Assembly: GCA_963839205.1 (NCBI GenBank)
Contig: CAWITU010000005.1
Span: 2,121-66,120, forward strand
Direction: 5' to 3'
Origin: an uncultured bacterium
Lineage (GTDB): Bacteria; Patescibacteriota; Minisyncoccia; Phycocordibacterales; CAWITU01
Length of the DNA stretch: 64,000 nucleotides
Within the stretch, counting starts at the first letter, position 1. Every line of letters begins with the position of its first letter. Positions 18,922 to 26,942 of the stretch are shown here, in pieces. Position numbers and translations under genes: made by a program. Under the pieces are notes generated by a model. The model did not search any database. It saw only the letters and a program-made list of their open reading frames with translations, and was not told the origin of the DNA.

Positions 18922-19872
18922 TTACCAACAGAAAGAGTTTGTAGAGGGATCGGAACCATCGCAATCATACAGCGCATCTGTGGCGGAGTGTCCGAATGGG
19001 AAGGAATTCCAGCATCCGACTGGTGTGATTTGGATTGTGGCTGAAGACGATGAGAGATCTTGCAGAGTAAAGTAAAAACTTTCATTCCTAATTTCTGCGA
19101 TATCACCTGATTGAAGCGAGACACTTCCGGGCGCGTTCAACTGCTGAATGTTTGAATTAGAAGTGGTGCTTTTAGGTGTCTCTGTATAAGTATTTGCTTC
19201 TGCCTGTAATGCTACGGAAAGAGTTGTTGAATCAACGGATACATCAGTAAGAGAAACAGTTTTTGCAAGAACTGTAGCATTACTTCCTCCACCGTCACTC
19301 ACAACGAGAAAGTTTGTCGTGCTCAAGGGAATGATGCTCGTATCAAAACGTCGTCCGCTTGGGAGCATGATGAGACCTGACATTGTGGTATTTGAGATAT
19401 TTGCTGTAGTAGTTGCGCCTGTTGTTCCCGTGTTTGTTCCCTCTGGATATGCGACCATCCACTCTCCCGATGAAGAATCATAAAAATATTTCGTCTGCTC
19501 AATAGGGCTCGCATGACCGTTTTGCTCATCGGTTATCGTGTGAGCTGTTGAATTAACGATATTAATCGTTACACCACCTTGAGAACCAACCTGAAGTGTT
19601 TTGACTAATGTTCCACCTGGGAATGATGTTATATCATTTGCGACTGTCGGGATAATTTGCCAGGAGCTCGGATACCAAAATGTGAATCCATAATCCGAAT
19701 CGGTGTATTGAGCCATGCCGTAGGTGTTGATTACTACGGGCGAAGTGGTTGTTGCTGTGCCTGTCGGCGAAGATGTTTGCGGATAGCCGAAAAAATATAC
19801 TGCACCAATGACTACAAGTAGCGCGAGCACGATGAGCAACCACATTCCAACTTTTTCATATTGTTTTTTCAT
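18922..19872 (-). CDS. Hypothetical membrane-anchored or secreted protein
   Basis: This 316-aa ORF has an N-terminal TM segment (MWLLIVLALLVVIGAVYFF) and a T/S-rich ectodomain ending in Cys-containing CWNSFPFGHSATDALYDCDG. Confidence 0.55.
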   Translation of the reverse strand: MKKQYEKVGMWLLIVLALLVVIGAVYFFGYPQTSSPTGTATTTSPVVINTYGMAQYTDSDYGFTFWYPSSWQIIPTVANDITSFPGGTLVKTLQVGSQGGVTINIVNSTAHTITDEQNGHASPIEQTKYFYDSSSGEWMVAYPEGTNTGTTGATTTANISNTTMSGLIMLPSGRRFDTSIIPLSTTNFLVVSDGGGSNATVLAKTVSLTDVSVDSTTLSVALQAEANTYTETPKSTTSNSNIQQLNAPGSVSLQSGDIAEIRNESFYFTLQDLSSSSATIQITPVGCWNSFPFGHSATDALYDCDGSDPSTNSFCW

Positions 19873-19913
19873 ATCTTTATATTCAAAGGATTATTAATAC
19901 TATACATAGACGT

Positions 19914-20617
19914 TCAATAGTCATTTAAATGATAAACCACATCCTTTCTTTCAACGACAATCTCCCATTTGTGGGCTTCGGCGTATTGGTAAAGTTTTTT
20001 ATTAGGATTAAAACAGATAGGTCTTTTAACAAATTTTAAAAACGGAATATCGCTTTCTGAGTCCCCAACTCCGACAGAATCAACAAGCGACAAATTCTCT
20101 TTTTCAACTGCACGTTTTAGTATCTTGGCTTTGTCCGAAATAAGGTCAAGATACAAAGTCCCACCGGTAAATTTACCATTCTGATTAGTTTCATATATTC
20201 GTCCGTAAACTTTACTAAATCCCCAGCCTTTACAAAATTCATCAAGAATTTCTTTGGGAGAGTGCGAGATAGCCAAGATATAATAATTCTTCTTTTTTAA
20301 TTCCTTAATCAAATCACGAGTGTATCTATAAACATGATTCTGATGAAGATCAATAACTTTTCTGAAACTCTTATAAACTCATTATGCGAAACTCCCTTAA
20401 TATTTTCTTCAAAGGCATGAACAACTGCCATAATATATTTTTCGTACGAATCATTACGATTAAGCCAGGCTTCATAAGCCTCTGAATAAATATCTCTGAC
20501 TTTATACGGGAATATGTCTTCCTTGATGAGCTCGTTCACAACCTCAACCAAAAGGCTTGAACGAAATATCGTTCCGTCTATATCAAATATCGCTACTTTT
20601 TTGGGGGTGTCTGACAT
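19914..20617 (-). pseudogene. HAD-IB family hydrolase (SerB-like), split by one frameshift
   Basis: - The N-terminal fragment (20309-20617) contains VAIFDIDGTIF.
- The C-terminal frame, open from about 20378, reads VIDLHQNHVYRYTRDLIKELKKKNYYILAISHSP...GVGDSESDIPFL.
- Adding one base to the T4 run at 20358-20361 restores a single frame. Confidence 0.75.
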
Positions 20618-20645
20618 TAGACATATTTTACCACCAATTCAGATA

Positions 20646-21584
20646 CTATTCCCAACTAAACCCTCGTCCATGATGGCCCCAGGTGCAGGTATCGGCAAAT
20701 TTAACTTGGTCTAGCTTTAGAAATTCACGAATACCTCTTGGAGAAAGGTCATACAGGCCAGTAATATCTTCTTCCTTACCATCAATGACAGCCACGGCCA
20801 TGACCGGTTCCTTCTTTTCCAATAGCATAGGCAAGTTTAGTAAACACTGTTTTAGCTTTACGTTCCTTTAGTAAATCAACAGCAATTATTCGAGCAATGT
20901 AGGCACCAGATCGATCTACCTTTGTATAATCTTTCCCAGAAAAGCACCACCGCCTATAGGTATCTCCGGCCCATAATTATCCACCACCAGTTTCCTCCCA
21001 GAAAGATCCTGAGTCGGCATCAAAGCCACCTTGAGTCCATTCACCAGCAGGATTGATTAAATATTCTTCAGCACCAATGACACTTTGGACTAGATGGCAG
21101 TAAATCTTTATTTTTTGATTTTGAAAACTTGCCACCACTGTAGTTACTTTTCCATCTTCAATAGTAACTTGGGTCTTTCCATCATATGGATACACTTCAA
21201 ATATTTTCTGACAAAGTTACGAGCCAAAACATATTCAAGCGGTAAATATTCTGAGCGTCTCACTCTGTCGCATAGCCTTTCATGATTCCTTGATCACCCG
21301 CTCCACCTATATCAACACCTTGAGCAATTTCAGGACTTTGGAGAGCAATGTTAATGATGATCTTATAATCCTGTACCAACAATGGATTTAACGATGCTTC
21401 AATATCTGGTTTTGCCTTTGAAGTCACTTCCCCATTAATTGTTACCAAATTATGCCCACCCTGAACTTCTACTGCCACCCGACTTTTATTATCACCTGCC
21501 AAATACGCATCAAGATAGTATCTGCGATAAATCACATATTTTATCTGGATGCTTAGGACTAACAAATTCTGCTGTCTTTATCAT
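20646..21584 (-). pseudogene. metK: S-adenosylmethionine synthetase, fragmented by at least 5 frame changes
   Basis: MetK motifs are spread over several frames: [81 protein letters not shown] and C-terminal DTCTWGHHGRGFSWE. ATG is at 21582-21584. Confidence 0.85.
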
Positions 21585-21591
21585 TTTTTAT

Positions 21592-21616
21592 AAAAAAAAT
21601 TCCTCATAAAGAGGAA
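21592..21616 (-). terminator. Riboswitch expression-platform terminator
   Basis: On the minus strand the hairpin uuccuc-uuuau-gaggaa is followed by U8. Its upstream flank AUCUUUCC is complementary to GGAAAGAU in the 3' side of aptamer P1, giving an antiterminator. Confidence 0.55.
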
Positions 21617-21639
21617 AGATTTTTTGCGCGGACTAGACG

Positions 21640-21752
21640 CAACATATCTTTCCTGATAGTACACCGTACTATCGGTTGGATTTAGCACCTTACATTTGTA
21701 GGTTGCCGGTGGGTCCTTGAGCCAATGCTCTCGCCACTCTCTTGATAACTGA
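21640..21752 (-). promoter_or_regulatory. SAM-I (S-box) riboswitch upstream of metK
   Basis: The minus strand reads GUUAUCAAGAGAGUGGCGAGAGCAUUGGCUCAAGGACCCACCGGCAACC...AAGGUGCUAAAUCCAACCGA...UCAGGAAAGAUA. This matches the S-box core (UAUCAAGAG, GGCAACC, GGUGCUAAAUCC, AGAUA). Confidence 0.8.
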
Positions 21753-21798
21753 TTATTCAGTTGTAACTACATTATACCGAAACTATAAAAATCTTCCA

Positions 21799-21933
21799 CT
21801 ATTGCTGTGCTTCCCAAATTTCATAAGCATCATCTGCATCTAACCCAGTTTCCTCAACAATTTCCTGAAGCTCTTCTGCTTCATCTTTGCTCATGTCCTC
21901 ATCTTTTGCTTTTTCAAATACTTCTTCGTCCAT
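21799..21933 (-). CDS. Possible very acidic 44-aa micro-protein
   Basis: My own translation is MDEEVFEKAKDEDMSKDEAEELQEIVEETGLDADDAYEIWEAQQ, with 19 of 44 residues D or E. It lies between the RM island and the riboswitch and is not in the track because it is under 60 aa. Confidence 0.35.
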   Translation of the reverse strand: MDEEVFEKAKDEDMSKDEAEELQEIVEETGLDADDAYEIWEAQQ

Positions 21934-21956
21934 GGATTTATGATAGTTTATTTATA

Positions 21957-22710
21957 TTATATCTTTTGGAAAATAAAAAGATGCTCGTGCATTATTAATA
22001 AAAAGTTCGACTCTTTGGATTTTGTAACCCAAAATCCTGTTGCTTTACAGTTAAACTGTCTCTTAATGATATCTTCTTTAAGTTTAAAGCCAACTTTTAA
22101 AAATCTTTCCATAACCTTAAATGCTAGGGGTTGGTACATTTTATTACGCCTTGTATCTCCCATCAGAATTGCACAAAATTTCCCAGGCTTTAAAACTCTG
22201 AAGAGTTCTTTAGCAACTTTTTCTATTTCATCAACAAAATCGTTTATATTGTGTATACCAGACAAATCCTCGCCAATTTTCCCGTCACTATATTTAATAA
22301 TATCTACATACGGTGGATGAGTAAGAATAAAATCTATCTCTTCATTTTTTATAAAACTCATATTTCTGGCATCACATTTTATTACTCTTTGTTTTGCTTT
22401 GTTGGGAACTTCAAATTCAAGAGATTTTTTTGTACGTTCTAACGCCTTTTCATTAACATCAACGCAAGTAATATGTCGATTTAATATCTTCGCTTCTATT
22501 GCTGTAGTTCCCCCACCAATCATACAATCGAGTAAATGATTCTTTCTCTTTTGAATAACGCAAAATAAGATTGCGAACGACTTCTGGCGACCAGTTTCCT
22601 CTCCAATCAGAAGCATGTGTTGCCCAATTCCCACGTCGAGGAAATGCCCAGACCGTGGTGCATTCTAGTTCAAATTTGTCAGGGTTTAATTTTATTTCAT
22701 TTTGAAACAT
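21957..22710 (-). pseudogene. N4/N6 DNA methyltransferase-like protein, split by one frameshift
   Basis: The N-terminal fragment is 22459-22710 (WAFPRRGNWATHASDWRGNWSPEVVRNLILRYSKE). The second frame carries LLDCMIGGGTTAIEAKILNRHITCVDVN (motif I) followed by ILTHPPYVDIIKYS (motif IV). Confidence 0.7.
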
Positions 22711-22844
22711 TTAGATTCTACTTGTTCCAGTTATCCTTTTGGAAACCAATTATTTTTAAGATATCAGTAAAACCAACATATTCAATATGTTGTTCTTTGT
22801 AGAAAGCCAAACTATCCTGCAATTCTCTTGTCTGAGTGTCTTTC

Positions 22845-23354
22845 TTAAAGATCTCCAAAAGCAAAACATTCTTTGGCTTCGTACTCTTGATAACCAACTA
22901 AAATGATTTGAAGTGGTTTTTTATATAGACGTGGTAATTCACCGTATTTAAGTGGAACGCCCAATATTTTTTCTCCAGCAGTTCCAGATGTTGACCAACT
23001 TCTTCCTTTAACCTCATATACGTAATTATCACATTCTAGGTCAGGGCTATAACTTTTATCTCTTACCGAGCTCCTTTTGGTAGTAGTTGAACGAACATTT
23101 CTTCTACCCAATTTAATAAGACCCTCCCTAACCAAATCTTGGCAAAGTTTAGTAGTCCACTGATTTCCAGTTCCACCAATTATTGAACGAGCCCAATCTC
23201 TTTCAATATTATTAGCTGCTTTTAACTTTTTAGTGTCATATGAATTCAGTAAAGAAACTTTAGTAATAGGCTCATAACACCATCTTATAACTTCTTTATT
23301 CTCAAGCAGTTTCAAGTCGGGATATTTCATAATATTTATTTCTAATTTTTCCAC
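22845..23354 (-). CDS. Small PD-(D/E)xK-type nuclease candidate (putative restriction endonuclease)
   Basis: - The ORF is 169 aa and contains YSPDLECDNYVYEVKGRSW, which fits PD...(D/E)xK.
- Its start overlaps the DUF262 gene stop by 13 nt; an alternative ATG is at 23330.
- A stop-free 45-codon stretch in another frame (22718-22855) suggests a frameshifted C-terminal extension. Confidence 0.5.
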   Translation of the reverse strand: MEKLEINIMKYPDLKLLENKEVIRWCYEPITKVSLLNSYDTKKLKAANNIERDWARSIIGGTGNQWTTKLCQDLVREGLIKLGRRNVRSTTTKRSSVRDKSYSPDLECDNYVYEVKGRSWSTSGTAGEKILGVPLKYGELPRLYKKPLQIILVGYQEYEAKECFAFGDL

Positions 23355-25012
23355 TTACCACTCAAGACTACAGAAAGAAGAAGCCCGTATAAATCCTTTG
23401 AAATATCCTGACCTCTTTTATTTATTGCGCCAATTGGGTCACTATCAAAAGAGTAATTCTTAATTTTTTGGTTCACTTTCCAAACTCTTTTATAAACTGA
23501 TATTTTTTCATTAAATGGCCTATCTTGTAAATATCCATTATCTGGTTTTTCAAGTATCGTAAGATTTCCAAGATAATGAATTACATTTTCAATATCCTCT
23601 TGCTTAATTGATTTTGGAATTATGTGTTCAATTGTAGGTTCAGTAAAACCTGTACCTGAGCCCTTGCTAATTAAATATTTCTCAAGTAAAAATTGTACAT
23701 CTCCACTACGACCTTCCTTGTAATGTAACTTTTTAATCAAATTTTCAACAAAATCTGTCTCATAACCGTGACAAAGGTCCTTTAGCTTTTGAAACATGCT
23801 GTTTTTTGTTATTTTATTTTCAGTTAAATCAGCAAAAATCTTTTCAGCTGTACTAGGACTACCTGGAACATTTTTATATAGAAACTGGAATGCGACTAAA
23901 CGGTTAAGGTCCTTTTTAAAAGTTTTAGGGGAAGTCCTATAAAGGTATAATAAAACTGAATAGACTTGATTGACACCAAGATAACTTAAAAATTCTAAAC
24001 TCTTTTTAATCTCTTCCTTTTCAAAACGAACATTGGTGACACCCTTTAGTGAATCTATTTTAGCTATAAGCAGGGACTTATAAATTTCAGAATCAGATAG
24101 CAGTCTCCTTAGATATGCACTCGCCTTTAATCCTCTGTCCTTGCCATCACCTATCATTTTTTCAAAATCTTTAAAAAGCTTTTTGTGACTTGTATAACCA
24201 AATGTACTGAGCCATTGATGTCTTATAAAAGTTTTCAATTTTGAACTATCAAATTCAAGATTTTCTTCAACCTGTGTCCATATTTTTTCCGCTTTCTCTA
24301 ATTCAATTTTTCCGTAATCATTAGAAATTTGAAATAGACGATTTTTAATTATATCGTTGCTTGCTAGAGTTACACCTGTGGCATTAATACTTTCAAACAA
24401 GTCAAAAGCAGCAGACTGGTTTTTACACTCTATCAAAACAATTTGAAGTGATTTTATGTTGTCCAGAAGATTTTCCATATCCTTGACTTTACAATTTGGA
24501 CTATACTCCTTAAGTAATTTCTTAATTTGATTTATGCCATCAGTAAATACGATCTGGGCTTTTGATAAATTTTGTGTATCTTGCTTAACTAGAATTAGTT
24601 CATAAATTTTATTAGATTGTTCATTCATAAAGGCCAGTCTAGGTATTTTCTCACCATTCATCATAAGCCTGTACAACATACTTTCTATTTCTTCCTTAAA
24701 CGAATCAAAATTTTTCCTTATTCCAACAAAATCACGCATGGCAACAAGTAAAAGGGAAAGGGTTGTAAGTCTTTGTTGACCATCAATAATTTGATCTCTA
24801 TTTATACTTCGACCCTCTCGATCAATTATTACAATACTACCTATATAATATGGACCAGAGGAATCTCTTATATCATTAAATAAATTAATTATTTGTGTTT
24901 TCCCCCATGTATAAGGCCGTTGCAAAGTCGGTATAATATACATACCAGATGAACTATCGAGAAAATCCCAATATGATATGTCCTTTGCTCTTATATCCCC
25001 TTCTGTTTTCAT
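23342..25012 (-). CDS. DUF262/DUF1524 (GmrSD-like) protein, putative type IV modification-dependent nuclease
   Basis: The N-terminus is DUF262-like (IIPTLQRPYTWG...IIDGQQRLTTLSLLL). The C-terminus has the DUF1524 His-Me finger (TIEHIIPKS...GNLTILEKPDNG). The ORF is 556 aa and intact. Confidence 0.8.
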   Translation of the reverse strand: MKTEGDIRAKDISYWDFLDSSSGMYIIPTLQRPYTWGKTQIINLFNDIRDSSGPYYIGSIVIIDREGRSINRDQIIDGQQRLTTLSLLLVAMRDFVGIRKNFDSFKEEIESMLYRLMMNGEKIPRLAFMNEQSNKIYELILVKQDTQNLSKAQIVFTDGINQIKKLLKEYSPNCKVKDMENLLDNIKSLQIVLIECKNQSAAFDLFESINATGVTLASNDIIKNRLFQISNDYGKIELEKAEKIWTQVEENLEFDSSKLKTFIRHQWLSTFGYTSHKKLFKDFEKMIGDGKDRGLKASAYLRRLLSDSEIYKSLLIAKIDSLKGVTNVRFEKEEIKKSLEFLSYLGVNQVYSVLLYLYRTSPKTFKKDLNRLVAFQFLYKNVPGSPSTAEKIFADLTENKITKNSMFQKLKDLCHGYETDFVENLIKKLHYKEGRSGDVQFLLEKYLISKGSGTGFTEPTIEHIIPKSIKQEDIENVIHYLGNLTILEKPDNGYLQDRPFNEKISVYKRVWKVNQKIKNYSFDSDPIGAINKRGQDISKDLYGLLLSVVLSGKWKN

Positions 25013-25020
25013 AAAATATT

Positions 25021-25977
25021 TTAATAATTAGTTACTAATACTTCAGTAATCTTTCCTCTCCCAGATCCTTTCGAGTTAATAGCCCTTCCTGCCTGAACTT
25101 TTGTAATACGAACACCTTTTTGACCAGAATATAATTTATTTATAAAAAGTGTATCAGAATTCGAAAGCATAACAAAACAACCCCTCTTGTCTAATTCCAT
25201 AAAGGTATCACGCAGCTCAATCTGTTCTTTTTCTAAAAAAGATTCAGATGTGTATGAAGTAAATGAGGAAGTTTTGCTAACCGGATAATAAGGGGGATCA
25301 AAATAGATAAAATCACCCTTTCTAGCATTTTTAAGAACGGCACTATAATCATGCTTTTTTATTTCAACGTTTTTAAGTGCAATGGACACTTTCCTAAGAT
25401 TATCCTCATCACAAATAAGCGGATTAGAATAACTTCCAAATGGAACATTAAATCCTCCCTTACTATTTACACGGTACATACCATTGAAACATGTCCTGTT
25501 TAAAAAAATGAAACGTGAAGCAGTCCTAACATCTGAAAGTTTCGTTGGATTCTGTGCTCTAACCTTCAAAAAATATTCCTTGTCGGTTTTGTGTTTTTTT
25601 AAAGATTTAATTAAAATTTCAACATCATTTTTAATAACATTATAAGTGGTAACCAACTCACTATTTAAATCAGAAAGAAAGGCTTTTTCAGGAAGTAAAT
25701 CAAAAAATACAGCCCCTCCCCCGACAAAAGGCTCAAAGTATCTTCCTGTCTCAATACTAAATTTTTCTGGTGGGTATAGATTTAATCTTCTAAATTGAAG
25801 TAGTAATTGTCTTTTACCGCCGACCCACTTAACAAATGGCTTTGGCTTCCCTGCAATAATACGAGCAACATCTTCATAAAGATTTTTCTTATCAGCAAGC
25901 AGGAAAACCCGATGCGCAAAAATTGCATTTATATCAAATTTTTTTTGAATATCTTTAACAGATTGACTAGTAGCCAT
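25021..25977 (-). CDS. Dam-family (alpha-class) N6-adenine DNA methyltransferase
   Basis: The motifs KPFVKWVGGKRQLL, EPFVGGGAVFF (motif I), NRTCFNGMYRVN and FIYFDPPY (motif IV) are present. There is an unusual 45-aa N-terminal extension. Confidence 0.88.
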   Translation of the reverse strand: MATSQSVKDIQKKFDINAIFAHRVFLLADKKNLYEDVARIIAGKPKPFVKWVGGKRQLLLQFRRLNLYPPEKFSIETGRYFEPFVGGGAVFFDLLPEKAFLSDLNSELVTTYNVIKNDVEILIKSLKKHKTDKEYFLKVRAQNPTKLSDVRTASRFIFLNRTCFNGMYRVNSKGGFNVPFGSYSNPLICDEDNLRKVSIALKNVEIKKHDYSAVLKNARKGDFIYFDPPYYPVSKTSSFTSYTSESFLEKEQIELRDTFMELDKRGCFVMLSNSDTLFINKLYSGQKGVRITKVQAGRAINSKGSGRGKITEVLVTNY

Positions 25978-26173
25978 TAATTACATTTTAGCACTTTAAA
26001 TACCTTTACCAAGGGACATAAACTAACAATTTCTAGCCTAATATACTATACATTATTGAAATGAAATTTTGATAAAAAATAGATAAAATCTTGATAACTA
26101 CATCCAATACTAATCACGGATGCAATTACTAACAGCTTGACTCATCTCGAGCGCTTCTAAGTTAATGGATTAT

Positions 26174-26713
26174 CTACAAATTTCGCACAATATTAGTAAT
26201 ATCATTTAAGAGATAAAAAACGTCACCGTATGACATCCAGGTACAAAATAACTTTGTTCCTTCCAATTTTTCATCTAAAACTTTATTTTTCCATACTATA
26301 GGTAAAAACCTCTTATCTCGAAAAGAAAATGTATTGTTATGTGCACACGCATCACGAAGATATTTTAAAAGTTTGATTTCGTTTGGAAGTTTTACAAACT
26401 CATCCCATTTACCTTTATTGTTTAGATCGTCTTTTAACAATTCATAGCAAGATATTACGGTAGAAAGCATAGAACGCATAAGAGCAGTGTTTGTTTTTTG
26501 ATCGGATGAAAATGGTGCAATTGGTATTTTAAGAAATTCTCTATAGTGAGCATGATAAATTTCTGGGTCACCTGTGGAAGTTTGGATACTAAACCCAGGA
26601 TTTTTAATTAAATGTTTATCCAGAATAAATCTAATTTCTTTCTGAGATAATACCCAATGAGAAAAAAATAATGTAAAAAAATTGTCCCATTGTTCCTGAA
26701 AAAAATCTAGCAT
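26174..26713 (-). CDS. HEPN-like (Abi-type) protein with an Rx4H motif
   Basis: This 179-aa ORF contains LKYLRDACAHNNTF, which fits the HEPN R-x4-H RNase motif and resembles Abi_2/AbiD-type proteins. No partner gene is adjacent. Confidence 0.5.
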   Translation of the reverse strand: MLDFFQEQWDNFFTLFFSHWVLSQKEIRFILDKHLIKNPGFSIQTSTGDPEIYHAHYREFLKIPIAPFSSDQKTNTALMRSMLSTVISCYELLKDDLNNKGKWDEFVKLPNEIKLLKYLRDACAHNNTFSFRDKRFLPIVWKNKVLDEKLEGTKLFCTWMSYGDVFYLLNDITNIVRNL

Positions 26714-26797
26714 TTTAATTTATAGATTACATTTTGACTAAATTAAATAACTTGAAATTATTTCAGATTAATCCGAGACCATCCCAAATTTCCATTA

Positions 26798-26868
26798 CTG
26801 CGGGACTTGGATTCGAACCAAGATACTCAGCTTCAAAGGCTAATGTCCTACCATTAGACAATCCCGCA
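26798..26868 (-). tRNA. tRNA-Gln (anticodon UUG)
   Basis: A cloverleaf folds by hand: acceptor ugcggga/ucccgca (U1-A72), D stem gucu/ggac, anticodon stem uuagc/gcuga with loop cuUUGaa, and T arm cuugg-uucgaau-ccaag. No CCA is encoded. Confidence 0.85.
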
Positions 26869-26942
26869 CTGCGTCCTGCGTAGCTTTAGCGAAGCAGGAA
26901 ACATTTCACTAGCTTATAAAAAAAATGACTTAATTGCAAAAA

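Noticed and set aside
20646-21584. Alternative genetic code (UGA read as Gly or Trp, as in SR1/Gracilibacteria or Mycoplasma) as the explanation for the broken genes.
   Set aside because: The breaks are changes of reading frame, not in-frame UGA codons. Reading UGA as sense in metK (GYATE-UGA-DAQNIY...) does not restore MetK sequence. UGA also works as a genuine stop, for example at the serS end (aaa tga).
21620-21640. Possible att-like repeat of the tRNA-Gln 3' end (tgcgcggactag versus tgcgggacttgg) marking the far border of the defence island.
   Set aside because: The match is only about 10 of 12 nt with a gap. It lies inside the riboswitch expression platform, and no integrase is present, so it is most likely coincidence.
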